This document shows, in pieces, positions 60,765-64,000 of a stretch of 64,000 nt of DNA. The stretch is from contig OU015566.1 of assembly GCA_907165135.1 (NCBI GenBank), positions 4,464,001 to 4,528,000 of the forward strand. The letters run 5' to 3'. Every line of letters starts with the position of its first letter. Positions within the stretch are counted from its first letter, which is position 1. The position numbers and the translations under genes are program-made. The notes beneath the pieces were generated by a model that was not told where the DNA came from, searched no databases, and saw only the letters and a list, made by a program, of their open reading frames with translations. The stretch comes from Oikopleura dioica (taxonomy: Eukaryota > Animalia > Chordata).

Positions 60765-63700
60765 TTTTTTTCTGAAAAAAATTTTGAATAATAACTATTA
60801 TTCTTAAAAAATGATAAATAATTTTAAAATTTTATATCGAATTAATTATTAAATATATTTAATTATTTGTTAAATGATATTATTAATAAGGTAATAAAAT
60901 AATTTATAAGTATTTATTTTAATAATAAAACTAGAAATATTATTAATTTAAAAATTATCAATTTACTTATTTACCATTTAAAATGAAACTAAATTTTTGA
61001 TTAAATTAATTTTTTATAGAAAAATGAAAATAAAATTCGAAAAAAAAATAGATCAAAGGCGAAGAAATGATTATGTCTCCAAAAGTACAACAAACGGCGG
61101 CGACAATAAAGCGCGTCTCATTAAAATCGTTTAAATTGACATAAAAGGTTCTTATTGTGATTATTTATAAGGGCAAGTAGAGACACTCTGATTTATGAGC
61201 GCTTTTCTATCAGGGTAACATTTGTAATTTCGATCTGACAAGCTCTTATTTGAGATTATTAAGGGGGTCTCTTTTGATAAGCCGAAGAGGAGATCCTCTC
61301 AAGTGTGATTGATTAAGGGGGTCTCAAGCCAATCTTTCTTTCAGCGGGTTTTTTTTTTGTGATCACGTGACTGTAGAATGAAGAAAGCAATTTTTCAAGA
61401 AAGTGTCGAAAATTTGACATGTCAGATGCCGTCTCAGAGACAAATGAGCTCTGTTTCCTGGGAAAATTAGTTCCGCGCCGTTCAAACAATACTGTAATTA
61501 AGGGGCCTAATTGATAACAACCTGCGGTTTCACAGTGGCTTTCTCTCTCTCTCAGAGCTGTACAGATTTGAACCTGAACATACAAGTGGGTTAAATTCGT
61601 CTAAAAAGGCCTCTTTCTTTAAAGAAAAATTTGACCTTGAATGACCTTTTTCAGAGTTTTCAAATTCTCAGTTTTTGAACTGAAACGTCACGAATTTGAA
61701 GTAGGCTTGAATTGACTAAAAAAGCCCCGAGTTAACTTAATTTTCAATGAGGCCGGATTCCGAAATTTCCGAAAATTTGGAATTTTCAAAACAAAAATTC
61801 GGATCCGATTAAGCCCAACCCTTATCCTGTATTCAAGTGTTTAGTGGAAGAAAAGCTCAGAAAAGGTCAGTTTCGAAATAGGAGCGATCATAACACCTTG
61901 TAAGTATTCATTAGCAAACAATGAAGACGCAACTTATGTTTCGAGTCAAACCGAGCTTATAGCGTCATTCACTTTTCTATGCAAAAAAAAGCATGAAAAA
62001 GGTTGATTTCGGGAATTAAATTTTGCTTCAAGGAGCTTTTTAAGACTTATTCTCAAAATTTTTGATGAATAAGAGGGGGAAGGGGCTGAGAAAAAAAATA
62101 ATTATTATAATGAATAATTATTTTTTGTCATTATTTATGTTCTTTTTGATTTTAAGACAAAGGTTCGCCATAATGACAAACTTTCAAATATAGGTATCTT
62201 TCGGGAAAAACAGGTATTATGGTCTCTTCTTTTTACCTCGAAATCACCAAAGAATCTTCTTCAAGAAAGCCTTCCTCTTCGAAAGTTCTCTTTTAAGTCC
62301 TCTTCTTCTTTGATTTTTATCAGCGTCAAGTGTTTTCCGCTCAGCAGAATTCTTCAGCGCGATAGAATTAATGAGCGCTTTAACTTTTCTGAGCGCCGCG
62401 AGCGCCCTCGTCAGATAAATTCTTGACCTCGAAATTTAACGAAACAAAGTACGTTTTAAAATATTTCAACAAAAAAAGTATTTTTTTTTCAACTAACTAT
62501 TATTTTTTTATTAGTAATTTAATTGGAAAATAATTTCATAAAAATAATATAATTAATTCAAAAATGAATAAAATATTTTATGAAAAAATTTTAAAATTTA
62601 AATAGTAATTTTAAAATAATAATATTAATATTAAAATTAATATATATTAATATATATTAATATTAAATATTAAAATAATAATTTTCTCAAATATTTATTG
62701 TTTGAAATAACTTAAAAATTCTTAATTATCGGTAAAAAGGTCAGATTTATAGTCAAATTCCGGTTCCAGCGGAAATAGCGCATTTAAAAATCTCCGGAAG
62801 AAGACGTGTTTTATTTTTGTTCCCATAAAAAGAGAAAGAGAGATAAATTCACAAACTCATGATTTCAGGATTTCTCAGCCAAAAAGAAGGATTCGCATGT
62901 GGCATTTTTCGACTAAACTTGAAAAGAGCGATGACAGGAAGATTCTATCTTTTGGGGTTAATTATGAGAGGGATACCCTTAATTTCGGAGTGTATTTTAG
63001 AGGAATTATGTTTGAAATTGAATTATAAGTTCGTTTTCTTTTCAAGAAGAAAGAAAGAAAATCAGCTGCCAGATTGCGCTTTGGGGGTGGCTTCTCGTTT
63101 CAACTAAAAATAAAACTGTGTTGATACGTGCGGCGGGTCGAAAGCTGAAAATAAGCACAGAATGACGATAATCCTGTCAGCGTCTACTCAATCCTCGTGT
63201 TTTTGTGGATCATCCTATTTTTAAAGAACTTGCGGTTGGGTCAAAACTCTTCAAGTTTTTACCATTTTTTCTAAGATTAAAACCCTTGTCATTATTTTGA
63301 AGATCAAGATTTTCAGTCACGTGGTCAGACTGATCATTTTATTAGATTTTCTCCGAGTAGAAAAAAATACTGAAGAATCCGCGCTTCTTTAATTCTAGTC
63401 TTAAATTAAAGTATGGATTGCTTAATCAAGAAGAATTCTTATGGTTTGGAGTTCTTGGTTGGTATTCTAGAGCCTAGGACAAGGCAAGATTTTTAAATAA
63501 AAATCGTTGTGTGAAAAACTAGCTGGCTGACTGATAAAGCTAAAACTTGACCTGTTTCGTTTTGTCAGAATCGAATTAATGGCGATGAATTGATTCGAAT
63601 GCGCTTGGTGATTGCACTTGCCCGGTAGCGCGAGTATCGATTATGGGAAAAGACAAGAGTGGCCCGCCTCCGACACCTTCTTGCCGCGATCGACAGTCTT

Positions 63701-64000
63701 GATCAATTCAAAAACTATCGCCTGGTGAATATTCTTTTTTATATCCTTTTTATATAAACCCGTCAACTTCTGTTTATATCATATTAACCTTTTTTCGTCG
63801 TCAATCGTCTGAAAAGAGAAAAACTACCAACATCAAAAACAAAAAAAAACTAACTGGTAATTAAATTATTTATTATTAAATTTTATTGTATTCTATATTT
63901 TTTTTCTAGAGAGGAGTTCATACTACGAGTCAAAGCTATGCTTGGCAACCTGAGTAGAAATCCTGAGTCACGGTCTGAAAGATAAAAAATGAAAAGCCAC

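Noticed and set aside
60770-62760. Extremely AT-rich tracts (60770-61030, 62460-62740)
   Set aside because: Low-complexity DNA without discernible period or termini.
1-64000. tRNA, rRNA, autonomous transposase or prokaryotic operons
   Set aside because: None recognisable by eye; covariance-model and profile searches would be needed to exclude them.

Overview
This is eukaryotic, intron-rich, compact genomic DNA that looks like the appendicularian tunicate Oikopleura. That identification is inferred from many 30-50 nt introns, a probable GA-AG intron and operon-like gene spacing. Recognisable genes: an astacin protease with PAN and ShK domains, an SLC6 transporter, a Gla-domain protein, a PLA2-like protein, a cyclin D-like gene, sideroflexin, an F-box gene, an SLC43-like transporter and a class A GPCR. 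There is also a three-member family of small secreted orphan proteins. Non-autonomous DNA transposons (MITEs; hAT-like with 8-bp TSDs, MULE-like with 9-bp TSD) and satellites fill the introns and intergenic DNA. The most unusual feature is at 1-4764: two orphan spliced transcription units on opposite strands are interdigitated. Four introns of the minus-strand gene each hold a plus-strand coding exon, plus-strand introns hold minus-strand exons, and opposing splice sites lie only about 16-19 nt apart. Second is a MITE inserted in a coding exon of the SLC43-like gene that supplies its own GT/AG, a candidate newly created intron. Several genes carry single-base losses in homopolymers, probably assembly errors. 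All gene models were built by eye; no database searches were run.
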